14,232 nt of DNA from IMG/VR virus record IMGVR_UViG_3300031994_000063; one strand, written 5' to 3'. This stretch comes from a virus (Duplodnaviria > Heunggongvirae > Uroviricota > Caudoviricetes). Positions 6,649 through 13,121 of the stretch are shown piece after piece. Numbering within the stretch: the first letter of the stretch is position 1; each line of letters starts with the position of its first letter. The notes beneath the pieces were generated by a model, which saw only the letters and a list, made by a program, of their open reading frames with translations, did no database searches and was not told where the DNA came from. The translations under genes and the position numbers were made by a program.

Positions 6649-6906
6649 ATGAAAAAGATATTATGTTTATCGCCTCTATGTCATGGTATTAGACTTGACA
6701 GTGGTAGTGTGGGAGTAAATTCATCTGAGTTTTTTTCTGCATTAAATACAGACGTGCAGTATCAACCTATTGTTTTTACTCCAACGGATGCGCAGAAGCG
6801 TAATGACAATAATGTTATGAAGCTTACAAACATAAGCCCTATGAATGAGAGGATAAAGTTTATTAACTGTAAAAAGTTAAAAAAATATGGACAGAAAAGT
6901 TGGTGA
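6649..6906 (+). CDS. Doubtful ORF (85 aa) overlapping the candidate ncRNA
   Basis: ATG lies 4 nt after the -7 box and the frame is open for 85 codons. However, it has no recognisable motif and its 3' end contains a 15-bp motif that is intergenic elsewhere (8277-8291). Confidence 0.3.
   Translation: MKKILCLSPLCHGIRLDSGSVGVNSSEFFSALNTDVQYQPIVFTPTDAQKRNDNNVMKLTNISPMNERIKFINCKKLKKYGQKSW
6666..6857 (+). ncRNA. Candidate structured non-coding RNA (about 190 nt, unassigned class)
   Basis: Seven mutually compatible helices found by eye, including a closing stem TTTATC(gc)CTCT/AGAGGATAAA and GGAGTAAA/TTTACTCC. Begins about 20 nt after P4. Confidence 0.5.
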
Positions 6907-7219
6907 TTTAATATTTTTCGATTTTCACGGTGCTTTTATAATAGATAGAATAAAAGAGTTAGTTGAAGTTGATGGAGAGACATTGATTAGCCCATCATAT
7001 TGGGATGATTTTGTTTTAACAGAAAAAGACCTTCTTGACGATAATGACATTAGAGTGAAAGAATATAAGGCATTGCATAATGATGCTGTCATTAAATTAT
7101 CTGATGCTCGTAGATGGCTTCAATGCCATTTGACAGATTATTATGAATCGGATGAATGGTCTGATTTCGATGATGAACAAGCCGTTAAGGATTTCTGCAT
7201 TGCGATGTTAGATAAATAA
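6887..7219 (+). CDS. Hypothetical acidic protein (110 aa)
   Basis: Tiled ORF; A-rich leader; starts with a KVGD motif typical of small phage SH3-like proteins. Confidence 0.8.
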   Translation: MDRKVGDLIFFDFHGAFIIDRIKELVEVDGETLISPSYWDDFVLTEKDLLDDNDIRVKEYKALHNDAVIKLSDARRWLQCHLTDYYESDEWSDFDDEQAVKDFCIAMLDK

Positions 7220-7231
7220 AAAATAATAATT

Positions 7232-7585
7232 ATGGCACGTTATAAATTATCAAATGCTTTAAGGGATTGTGACCCAAAGGAATTCAAGTCTGATAAAGCT
7301 GCATGGAATAACTTAAGAAAGCATTTTCTTTTCAAAGAAGAAGACGGTAGTGTATCTGGATGTTACATTTGGATGTGGAAAGAAATTGAGGTAGAAGTTC
7401 CTATCAATAATGAAGAGGAATATGTAAAAATGCATAATGCAAAATACGGTCCTCGTCCTTATGGATACGGTCCAGATAATGCAAAATTGCTGAAAGTCGG
7501 TGAGCCAAACATACATACGGTATGGATTCCTATTCTTGAGGGAATCACAACCCATCCTTATAATGTAACTAAAAAAAAGAAATAA
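7232..7585 (+). CDS. Hypothetical protein (117 aa)
   Basis: Tiled ORF with an AATAATAATT leader. Confidence 0.8.
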   Translation: MARYKLSNALRDCDPKEFKSDKAAWNNLRKHFLFKEEDGSVSGCYIWMWKEIEVEVPINNEEEYVKMHNAKYGPRPYGYGPDNAKLLKVGEPNIHTVWIPILEGITTHPYNVTKKKK

Positions 7586-7587
7586 CT

Positions 7588-8082
7588 ATGAAACTAGAAA
7601 ATAGGATACAAAACATTAAAAAGTTACTTAGCTATTGCCCTGAAAGTACTGAAGATGTAATATTGTCAGACGATATTCTATGTAATTTTTTTTGGAAATT
7701 TTTTTCAAGCAAACCAGAAAGGTTTAAAACGCCAGCGTTTGAAGGAGGCACAATAGTTCAAATTAAGTTGCTTGGTATGCTTGATTCAAATTATATAGGC
7801 CACCATGATACAATACTACTGAGATATTGTTATAAGTATGACAGAGAAGGGGAGGATTGGACATTTTACTATTTTAATGACTCAGAATGTTATTTCAGAC
7901 CATTTAACCACCCAAATCTTGAATATTCTGAAATTCCAGATAACATTTGGGAACGCATACAAAATATTCTTTATGACAAAGCAGCAGAAGAAATAAACAA
8001 AGAATTAGAATCGGCAAAATCTTCTGTTATATATTGGGAAAAAAGAAAAGAAGAATTTGATAATAAATTACAGTTAAAATAA
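7588..8082 (+). CDS. Hypothetical protein (164 aa) with a C-terminal coiled-coil
   Basis: Coupled to the previous stop via TAACTATG. Confidence 0.8.
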   Translation: MKLENRIQNIKKLLSYCPESTEDVILSDDILCNFFWKFFSSKPERFKTPAFEGGTIVQIKLLGMLDSNYIGHHDTILLRYCYKYDREGEDWTFYYFNDSECYFRPFNHPNLEYSEIPDNIWERIQNILYDKAAEEINKELESAKSSVIYWEKRKEEFDNKLQLK

Positions 8083-8084
8083 CT

Positions 8085-8267
8085 ATGGCATTATATAGAG
8101 AACAGTTAGAACCTCACATGTATTCTGCTAAACAACGTAGGCATAAATCTTATAAATGGGCGAAAAAACAAATGAATAAGTGGCTTCGCATTAAGAATAA
8201 ACATATTAAAGATGAAAACGATGTTGTTGGATACGGAAAAAAACAATGGCTTGGTTGGGAATGGTAA
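8085..8267 (+). CDS. Small basic protein (60 aa)
   Basis: K/R-rich (KQRRHKSYKWAKKQMNKWLRIK), ends WLGWEW; coupled via TAACTATG. Confidence 0.7.
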   Translation: MALYREQLEPHMYSAKQRRHKSYKWAKKQMNKWLRIKNKHIKDENDVVGYGKKQWLGWEW

Positions 8268-8328
8268 TTTACTGATTGTAAAAAGTTAAAATAATATTAA
8301 AGTACTATCAAATTAAAAAAAGCAAAAA

Positions 8329-8739
8329 ATGAATTACATTTTTATTATTACAGCCACAGTTATTGCTGGCATTATTATTGGAGCCATTGTTTATGCACTT
8401 AATCATGAGAAAACGATTGTTGAAAGAGCTGAGAAAACGAGCAATATGTTCAATTTCTACCATGTCCTTGCCCTATTGACATCCTCTAAGTATCAGAACT
8501 ACAAGCCAACTGACGAAGAAAAAGCGGCAATGGTTGACTACTTAGAGAAAAACGCTAACGATGTACACGACAGCCATTCCATCGGCAGCTATTTCAAGCT
8601 ATGCAAGGAAAATGATGATGTGTGCAAGACAGCTGGTAATTTCCATAACTATGACCTTCAGTTCAATGGGTCTGAACTAGCCGTAGGAGGGGCTGTAATG
8701 GCAGCATTTTTCATAGGTCTGTTGTTTGTTATTTTATAA
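8329..8739 (+). CDS. Membrane protein (136 aa) with N- and C-terminal TM helices
   Basis: Hydrophobic segments YIFIITATVIAGIIIGAIVYAL and LAVGGAVMAAFFIGLLFVIL. Confidence 0.8.
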   Translation: MNYIFIITATVIAGIIIGAIVYALNHEKTIVERAEKTSNMFNFYHVLALLTSSKYQNYKPTDEEKAAMVDYLEKNANDVHDSHSIGSYFKLCKENDDVCKTAGNFHNYDLQFNGSELAVGGAVMAAFFIGLLFVIL

Positions 8740-8775
8740 TAAAGGTAATAACATCGAAGTTAACCCAAAATAGAT

Positions 8776-9135
8776 ATGGAAGATAAATTAACAGCAAAAA
8801 TAGTGAATCTTTTTAATTCTCATGGAATTAAACAGTTTAGTACAGACAGTACCATTTCAGAGGTCTTAAAATGGTTAAGAGATAACAAGGGATTTTATAT
8901 ACTTTGTGATACCCATAAGTATGGAACGAAGAAGAGAAAATGGCGTTGGTGTTTGATTAATCTAATCGCAAACAAACTTGTAGAGACTTCAAGTGGGACT
9001 CCATGTGATGTACCAACTTATGACATAGACAAAGAAGAGGGTACACGTGGATGGGGCTATATTTATGATTCATGGGAAGAAGCCTCTATTGCTGGAATAG
9101 AGTATATTTGTGTCCATTACAAAAAAATTTGGTAA
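8776..9135 (+). CDS. Hypothetical protein (119 aa), common Bacteroidetes-phage family
   Basis: T-x-S-x-VLKWLR...YDSWEEAxxAGIxY motif pair. Confidence 0.8.
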   Translation: MEDKLTAKIVNLFNSHGIKQFSTDSTISEVLKWLRDNKGFYILCDTHKYGTKKRKWRWCLINLIANKLVETSSGTPCDVPTYDIDKEEGTRGWGYIYDSWEEASIAGIEYICVHYKKIW

Positions 9136-9197
9136 ATAAATTGGGGACGGTATACATGTATCAATGGGTCAACTTGTATATTATCATCTTATTTATT

Positions 9198-9237
9198 AAA
9201 ATTGGAATGATTTATTTGTTTATTCCAATTTTTTTTT
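9198..9237 (+). terminator. Terminator-like hairpin fused to promoter P5
   Basis: AAAATTGGAAT (9198-9208) pairs perfectly with ATTCCAATTTT (9222-9232) and extends inward by G.T and A-T pairs. The loop contains TTTG; T9 run at 9229-9237. Confidence 0.7.
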
Positions 9238-9247
9238 ATATATTTGC
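9215..9247 (+). promoter_or_regulatory. Bacteroidetes-type promoter P5
   Basis: TTTG (9215-9218), 20-nt spacer, TATATTTG (9239-9246). Confidence 0.85.
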
Positions 9248-9266
9248 CAAAAAACACAATATTGAT

Positions 9267-9950
9267 ATGAAAATATGTGCATTCTCAGATATGCATGGGC
9301 AACTAGATTTTAAGGTTGAACCATGCGATATAGTATTAATTGGTGGTGATATTGTACCACTTGACATACAATCTTATAGTACGCCTAGTGAGAAATGGTT
9401 TAAAACCGTTTTTATTCCTTGGTGTAATAATTTGCCATGCGAAAAAGTAGTTTTCATTGCTGGCAACCACGATTGGTTCTTACTGCGTCATCCAGATAGA
9501 ATGAGGTTAATGCTAAAGGAAAATGGCGACAAAGTGGTTTATTTGGACTGTGAGATATTCGAATATCAAGGTAAAGTCATATTTGGAACTCCTTGGTGCA
9601 AGCCATTTGGCAGATGGGCATTTATGGAATCATACGAGGAACAAGATGCTCGTTATGCTAGATATTTGGATATTATCGGCAATATAGACATCATTCTATC
9701 TCACGATGCACCGTATGGTATTAGTGATGTTCTGCTGCAAAAGGATTGTTGGTGGGCTGATGGAGCACACATCGGAAACGAATCATTGAGAAAACTTGTT
9801 GATGCAGCAAAACCTTCTTTGGTGCTACAAGGACACCTCCATTCTACACAGCACGAAAAAACAGAGCATAACGGAACTGATGTCTATTGTGTGTCTTTAT
9901 TGGATGAGAACTACAAAATGGTATACAAACCGTTATATCTAGAGATTTGA
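9267..9950 (+). CDS. Calcineurin-like metallophosphoesterase (227 aa; start moved from 9072 to ATG 9267)
   Basis: All five metal-binding motifs are present: SDMHG, GGDI, GNHD, SHDAP, GHLH. The track's 65-aa extension crosses the upstream gene and promoter P5. Confidence 0.93.
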   Translation: MKICAFSDMHGQLDFKVEPCDIVLIGGDIVPLDIQSYSTPSEKWFKTVFIPWCNNLPCEKVVFIAGNHDWFLLRHPDRMRLMLKENGDKVVYLDCEIFEYQGKVIFGTPWCKPFGRWAFMESYEEQDARYARYLDIIGNIDIILSHDAPYGISDVLLQKDCWWADGAHIGNESLRKLVDAAKPSLVLQGHLHSTQHEKTEHNGTDVYCVSLLDENYKMVYKPLYLEI

Positions 9951-9951
9951 T

Positions 9952-10131
9952 ATGGATAAAGGAATACAAAAAATTGCTGATAAATACATGCAAAAATGTC
10001 CTCAATGTGGCAAAGAATTTTACCCTTGGGAAACTCTAATGGTCACATTACCACAAAACGATATGAGACCATTTATATATTGCCCCAATTGTAAATATTA
10101 CGATGATATGGAGGCTTTTAAGAAAGATTAA
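9952..10131 (+). CDS. Small zinc-ribbon protein (59 aa, not in ORF track)
   Basis: MDKGIQKIADKYMQKCPQCGKEFYPWETLMVTLPQNDMRPFIYCPNCKYYDDMEAFKKD*; CPQC...CPNC. Starts 1 nt after the phosphoesterase stop. Confidence 0.8.
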   Translation: MDKGIQKIADKYMQKCPQCGKEFYPWETLMVTLPQNDMRPFIYCPNCKYYDDMEAFKKD

Positions 10132-10141
10132 CTTTTTATAT

Positions 10142-10173
10142 TTTGAAAATAAACGAAAAACCTATATATTTGC
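10142..10173 (+). promoter_or_regulatory. Bacteroidetes-type promoter P6
   Basis: TTTG (10142-10145), 19-nt spacer, TATATTTG (10165-10172). Confidence 0.85.
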
Positions 10174-10176
10174 ATT

Positions 10177-10902
10177 ATGAATGGAAAATTTAGTGATAGA
10201 GATTTACAAATTTTAGTTTTTAAAAATCTATGCAGAGTATTGAAAAACAGAAAAATATATCATAGATTTAGATGTTTTATTGGCAATGGAGAGAGTGTTG
10301 TAACAATTACAAGAAGACCTTGCATTTGTTACTCTTCGTTTCGATGTATGATGCCGATAGTTGGCGTGGCTCTATCTCAAGCATCGGAAAATCCATTTTT
10401 CCGTGCAACCACAATGGGTGGTGTAATTACTGCTTTTGAAGCAATACTTGGTAAATATGATACTATAGACGAATGGGATGATGGACAAGTGCAATCAAGA
10501 GTCACACAGTTAATTAATACGTTGATGCACTGCTGTGTTGAGAAAACCGTGAAAGATTTCCGTCAACTTGAAGATATTGGACGAGAAACATTCGATATGG
10601 TATGTAGAAAGATATTTGGTAATAACTTTGTTGATGAAACAGAGAAAGAATTACCAGATAATATAAAGAAAATACTTGAGGCACAAAGGATGTTTATGGA
10701 AAATCACGATGTTGATGACCCTAGACATTTATTTGGTAATAGAGAGTTTATGAATTTCTTGAAGCAACAAGGCTATTTGGATGATTTAAGAACAAAAATA
10801 GAACCACCTTCAAGATACGAATCTAGAACGACAATGGGTTGGTACAATCCTTGTGATGACTTTGATGATGATGATGGTGATTGGGAATGGACTGTTAACT
10901 AA
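10177..10902 (+). CDS. Hypothetical protein (241 aa) with an acidic C-terminal tail
   Basis: Long ORF ending DDFDDDDGDWEWTVN; ATG lies 4 nt after the -7 box. Confidence 0.85.
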   Translation: MNGKFSDRDLQILVFKNLCRVLKNRKIYHRFRCFIGNGESVVTITRRPCICYSSFRCMMPIVGVALSQASENPFFRATTMGGVITAFEAILGKYDTIDEWDDGQVQSRVTQLINTLMHCCVEKTVKDFRQLEDIGRETFDMVCRKIFGNNFVDETEKELPDNIKKILEAQRMFMENHDVDDPRHLFGNREFMNFLKQQGYLDDLRTKIEPPSRYESRTTMGWYNPCDDFDDDDGDWEWTVN

Positions 10903-10907
10903 AAGAT

Positions 10908-11594
10908 ATGGCACATATTATTGATGATACTAACACAAATCATCCGTGTTATGGGATGAACTGTAATGAATGTGAAACTTGTAAGTTTGATAGGGATTTA
11001 TTTATAGACCCTAAAAAAAGTAATCAGCATATGGATAATTACGACTCTTGTGAGTATTGCGGCAATTTGATTAAAAACTATATTGGTACAGAAAGGCTTA
11101 AATTCAATGCTTGTTGTGGTAGGGCACTCATTGATTTTGGTAGCGCTCACAGACCTAGAATAATCAAAGCGAATACTGGTCCTATGCTACCTCTTCCAAC
11201 ACCAGATTGGTGTCCTAAGAAAAGAGGTGTAACTAAAGAGTATTTAACCACAAGTGATTTACAAAAAGAAATTAAGTCACTGCCATCACCAAATAATGTA
11301 TCAACTGCAAATTCAAACACAGAAATAAATAAATCTATGACCTATAGCGAAAGAAGGGAAAAAATGATGCAACTCCCAAAACACATAGAATGGGATGACA
11401 TCAAAGAAGGTGACGTATATGTAATACCAAAAATATTACATCAATCAAGAAAAGTTGTAAGGGTTGTGATTAAGACAGAATCACTACTCCGTTGTAGCGA
11501 GATAGACGAATATGGCAGAGAAAGCCAAGTCTTAACCTCTGTATATCCTAGAGATATTGATATGGTATTCATCACAAAAGTATTAAAATATTAA
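10908..11594 (+). CDS. Two-domain protein (228 aa): Cys-rich zinc-binding N-terminus and a C-terminal domain paralogous to the next gene
   Basis: CxxxxCxxCxxC, CEYC, CC and PDWCP motifs; an S/T/N-rich linker; then WDDIKEGDVYVIP. Confidence 0.85.
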   Translation: MAHIIDDTNTNHPCYGMNCNECETCKFDRDLFIDPKKSNQHMDNYDSCEYCGNLIKNYIGTERLKFNACCGRALIDFGSAHRPRIIKANTGPMLPLPTPDWCPKKRGVTKEYLTTSDLQKEIKSLPSPNNVSTANSNTEINKSMTYSERREKMMQLPKHIEWDDIKEGDVYVIPKILHQSRKVVRVVIKTESLLRCSEIDEYGRESQVLTSVYPRDIDMVFITKVLKY

Positions 11595-11600
11595 TTGTCT

Positions 11601-11861
11601 ATGACTAAACATAAAACAGTACAAGATTTAAAGTCTGAAATATCTGCGCTGAAAAGTGTTACACCTTGGTCTGAGGTAGTAGAGAAGGGTGTATATCACA
11701 TTCCACCTATTATCACTCTTGAGAGAAGAGAGATTGTGATTTTGAAAAAAAATGGAAACAGTGCCACCTATAAAAGAATCGGTGATACTGAACAGAAGGA
11801 ACGAACAATGTATGATACTAGCGTATTTGCTAAGTTCATAGTGAAGAGGAAAAAATATTAA
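11601..11861 (+). CDS. Small protein (86 aa) paralogous to the C-terminal domain of 10908-11594 (ATG 11601 preferred over TTG 11595)
   Basis: WSEVVEKGVYHIPPII aligns with WDDIKEGDVYVIPKIL; both proteins end FIxKxxKY. Confidence 0.82.
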   Translation: MTKHKTVQDLKSEISALKSVTPWSEVVEKGVYHIPPIITLERREIVILKKNGNSATYKRIGDTEQKERTMYDTSVFAKFIVKRKKY

Positions 11862-11869
11862 CTTTTTTT

Positions 11870-11911
11870 AAGATACAAAAATTAGGGTTTTTAAAAAAAT
11901 TTTTGTATCTT
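11870..11911. repeat. Perfect 14-bp inverted repeat overlapping promoter P7
   Basis: AAGATACAAAAATT (11870-11883) and AATTTTTGTATCTT (11898-11911), 14-nt loop. Confidence 0.85.
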
Positions 11912-11914
11912 TGC
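11882..11914 (+). promoter_or_regulatory. Bacteroidetes-type promoter P7 (variant -33 TTAG)
   Basis: TTAG (11882-11885), 20-nt spacer, TATCTTTG (11906-11913). Confidence 0.75.
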
Positions 11915-11929
11915 ATAAAAGAATAAAAT

Positions 11930-12400
11930 ATGCTTTATAGTAGTTTTAGAGTATTATTGATGTTTCCTTCGTTTTTGGCAATTTTAAATATGATTGCTAC
12001 TGATAAATATGAGTATATATTTTTCCCAATTGTAATATTGATTTGGGTGATATATTCATTTTTTGATGAAGATGATAGGGAGTATCTTAGACGAAACGGT
12101 ATAGACGCTGACGAAATATCTTGGTTTTTTCCTGATTACAACGACTATGGGGCAGTAAGAGATAATCATAAACCGCTCAAACAAAATAGTAGTAGCCATA
12201 CTAGGACATATCAACCAATGAAAACAATTGATAATAGTAGATATGCTCCTAAAACAACATATGGTGGATATAATGACTATTATGGTTATACTAGTGGATA
12301 TAGTAATCCTTATAAGAAGTTGAAAGATAAGTGCAAAAGGAATTTTAAAATAACAATAGCTAAAGACACTGAAGGCAATGGAACAAACGGATTACAATGA
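11930..12400 (+). CDS. Membrane protein (156 aa): two N-terminal TMs and a Tyr/Gly-rich low-complexity tail
   Basis: Hydrophobic segments at about aa 6-23 and 29-44; YGGYNDYYGYTSGYSN tail. Confidence 0.8.
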   Translation: MLYSSFRVLLMFPSFLAILNMIATDKYEYIFFPIVILIWVIYSFFDEDDREYLRRNGIDADEISWFFPDYNDYGAVRDNHKPLKQNSSSHTRTYQPMKTIDNSRYAPKTTYGGYNDYYGYTSGYSNPYKKLKDKCKRNFKITIAKDTEGNGTNGLQ

Positions 12401-12509
12401 ACTATTTTTTACTGCTGCTACGATAGTAGGAGGAAATGTGAACGGTAAATATACTAGTTCTGAAAATAAGAAGAATGTAAGTTCTTCACACCCAGAATTT
12501 TATTATTGA
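12378..12509 (+). CDS. Small hypothetical protein (43 aa, not in ORF track)
   Basis: MEQTDYNELFFTAATIVGGNVNGKYTSSENKKNVSSSHPEFYY*. Fills the gap exactly; its TGA overlaps the next ATG (TGATG). Confidence 0.55.
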   Translation: MEQTDYNELFFTAATIVGGNVNGKYTSSENKKNVSSSHPEFYY

Positions 12510-12724
12510 TGACTAATTTTACATTAAATGACGTAGAGGAAAAAAGAGTCAATGATTTTAAGCAATGGCATAAGAGGTGCAGACCAAAGAACACTAATGA
12601 TATGTTTCCACAGTATGCTCCATATAAATACATATTCACACCAACTGGAATAGGTAACGGTGTTGATATAGTATGCCCTTATTGCGGAAAAATCAAGAAT
12701 ATTACAGATTACGATAGTTGGTAA
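12509..12724 (+). CDS. Conserved small phage zinc-binding protein (71 aa)
   Basis: HxxC...FTPTGIG...CPYCG...ITDYDSW; this motif pattern is widespread in phages, function unknown. Confidence 0.85.
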   Translation: MTNFTLNDVEEKRVNDFKQWHKRCRPKNTNDMFPQYAPYKYIFTPTGIGNGVDIVCPYCGKIKNITDYDSW

Positions 12725-12743
12725 ATAAGTAACATAAAAATAT

Positions 12744-13079
12744 ATGAGTACAGAAACAAAAACAGTAACTAAAGTTGAAACTGAGGTTAAAGAGAATCAG
12801 CCAAACGAAGAGGTGATAATTGTTGAAGCACCTTTGTTTATCCTTTTTGCAGAATATCTAGGATATGTCAGCATTTTCAATAAGATGGCTGAAGATTGGT
12901 GCGATGGTAAAGTTCCAGAAATGCATATCCAAAAGATTATTATCTTGGAAGCTAAATGTATTCTAAGGCAGATGAAAAAGGACTATGGGCTAGATAGTAT
13001 CCGTGAATTCTATTCTATGTATTATCCTCTCATATTCCAAGAATATGACGAGAATTTAGCCAAACTGATTGAAAAATAA
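12744..13079 (+). CDS. Hypothetical protein (111 aa)
   Basis: A-rich leader; followed by a terminator. Confidence 0.8.
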   Translation: MSTETKTVTKVETEVKENQPNEEVIIVEAPLFILFAEYLGYVSIFNKMAEDWCDGKVPEMHIQKIIILEAKCILRQMKKDYGLDSIREFYSMYYPLIFQEYDENLAKLIEK

Positions 13080-13085
13080 TACATT

Positions 13086-13117
13086 GGCTAGCTTTTGGAT
13101 AAAGGCTAGCCTTTTTT
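13086..13117 (+). terminator. Intrinsic terminator
   Basis: GGCTAGCTTTT-GGAT-AAAGGCTAGCC (11-bp stem, one wobble) followed by T6, 6 nt after the stop at 13079. Confidence 0.85.
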
Positions 13118-13121
13118 CATA

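Noticed and set aside
9151-9180. Imperfect hairpin TATACATG...CTTGTATA after gene 8776-9135
   Set aside because: It is AT-rich, interrupted and has no clean T-tract; the stronger hairpin at 9198-9237 already accounts for termination.
9072-9266. Hydrophobic 65-aa N-terminal extension that would make the phosphoesterase a membrane protein
   Set aside because: It overlaps the previous gene and crosses promoter P5. The F/I/Y richness comes from the T-rich promoter DNA. The same artefact affects the track starts at 190, 1721 and 6607.
1910-12301. Repeated GTGGATAT 8-mers near 1910, 1937, 12264 and 12294
   Set aside because: They are Gly-Tyr codons in Gly/Tyr-rich protein segments, not a spaced DNA repeat or CRISPR array.
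12397-12441. Frame ATG AAC TAT ... CGA TAG TAG GAG as possible evidence for TAG read-through
   Set aside because: It yields only 14 codons before TGA even if TAG is read through, and the stop-free 12378-12509 frame explains the interval better.
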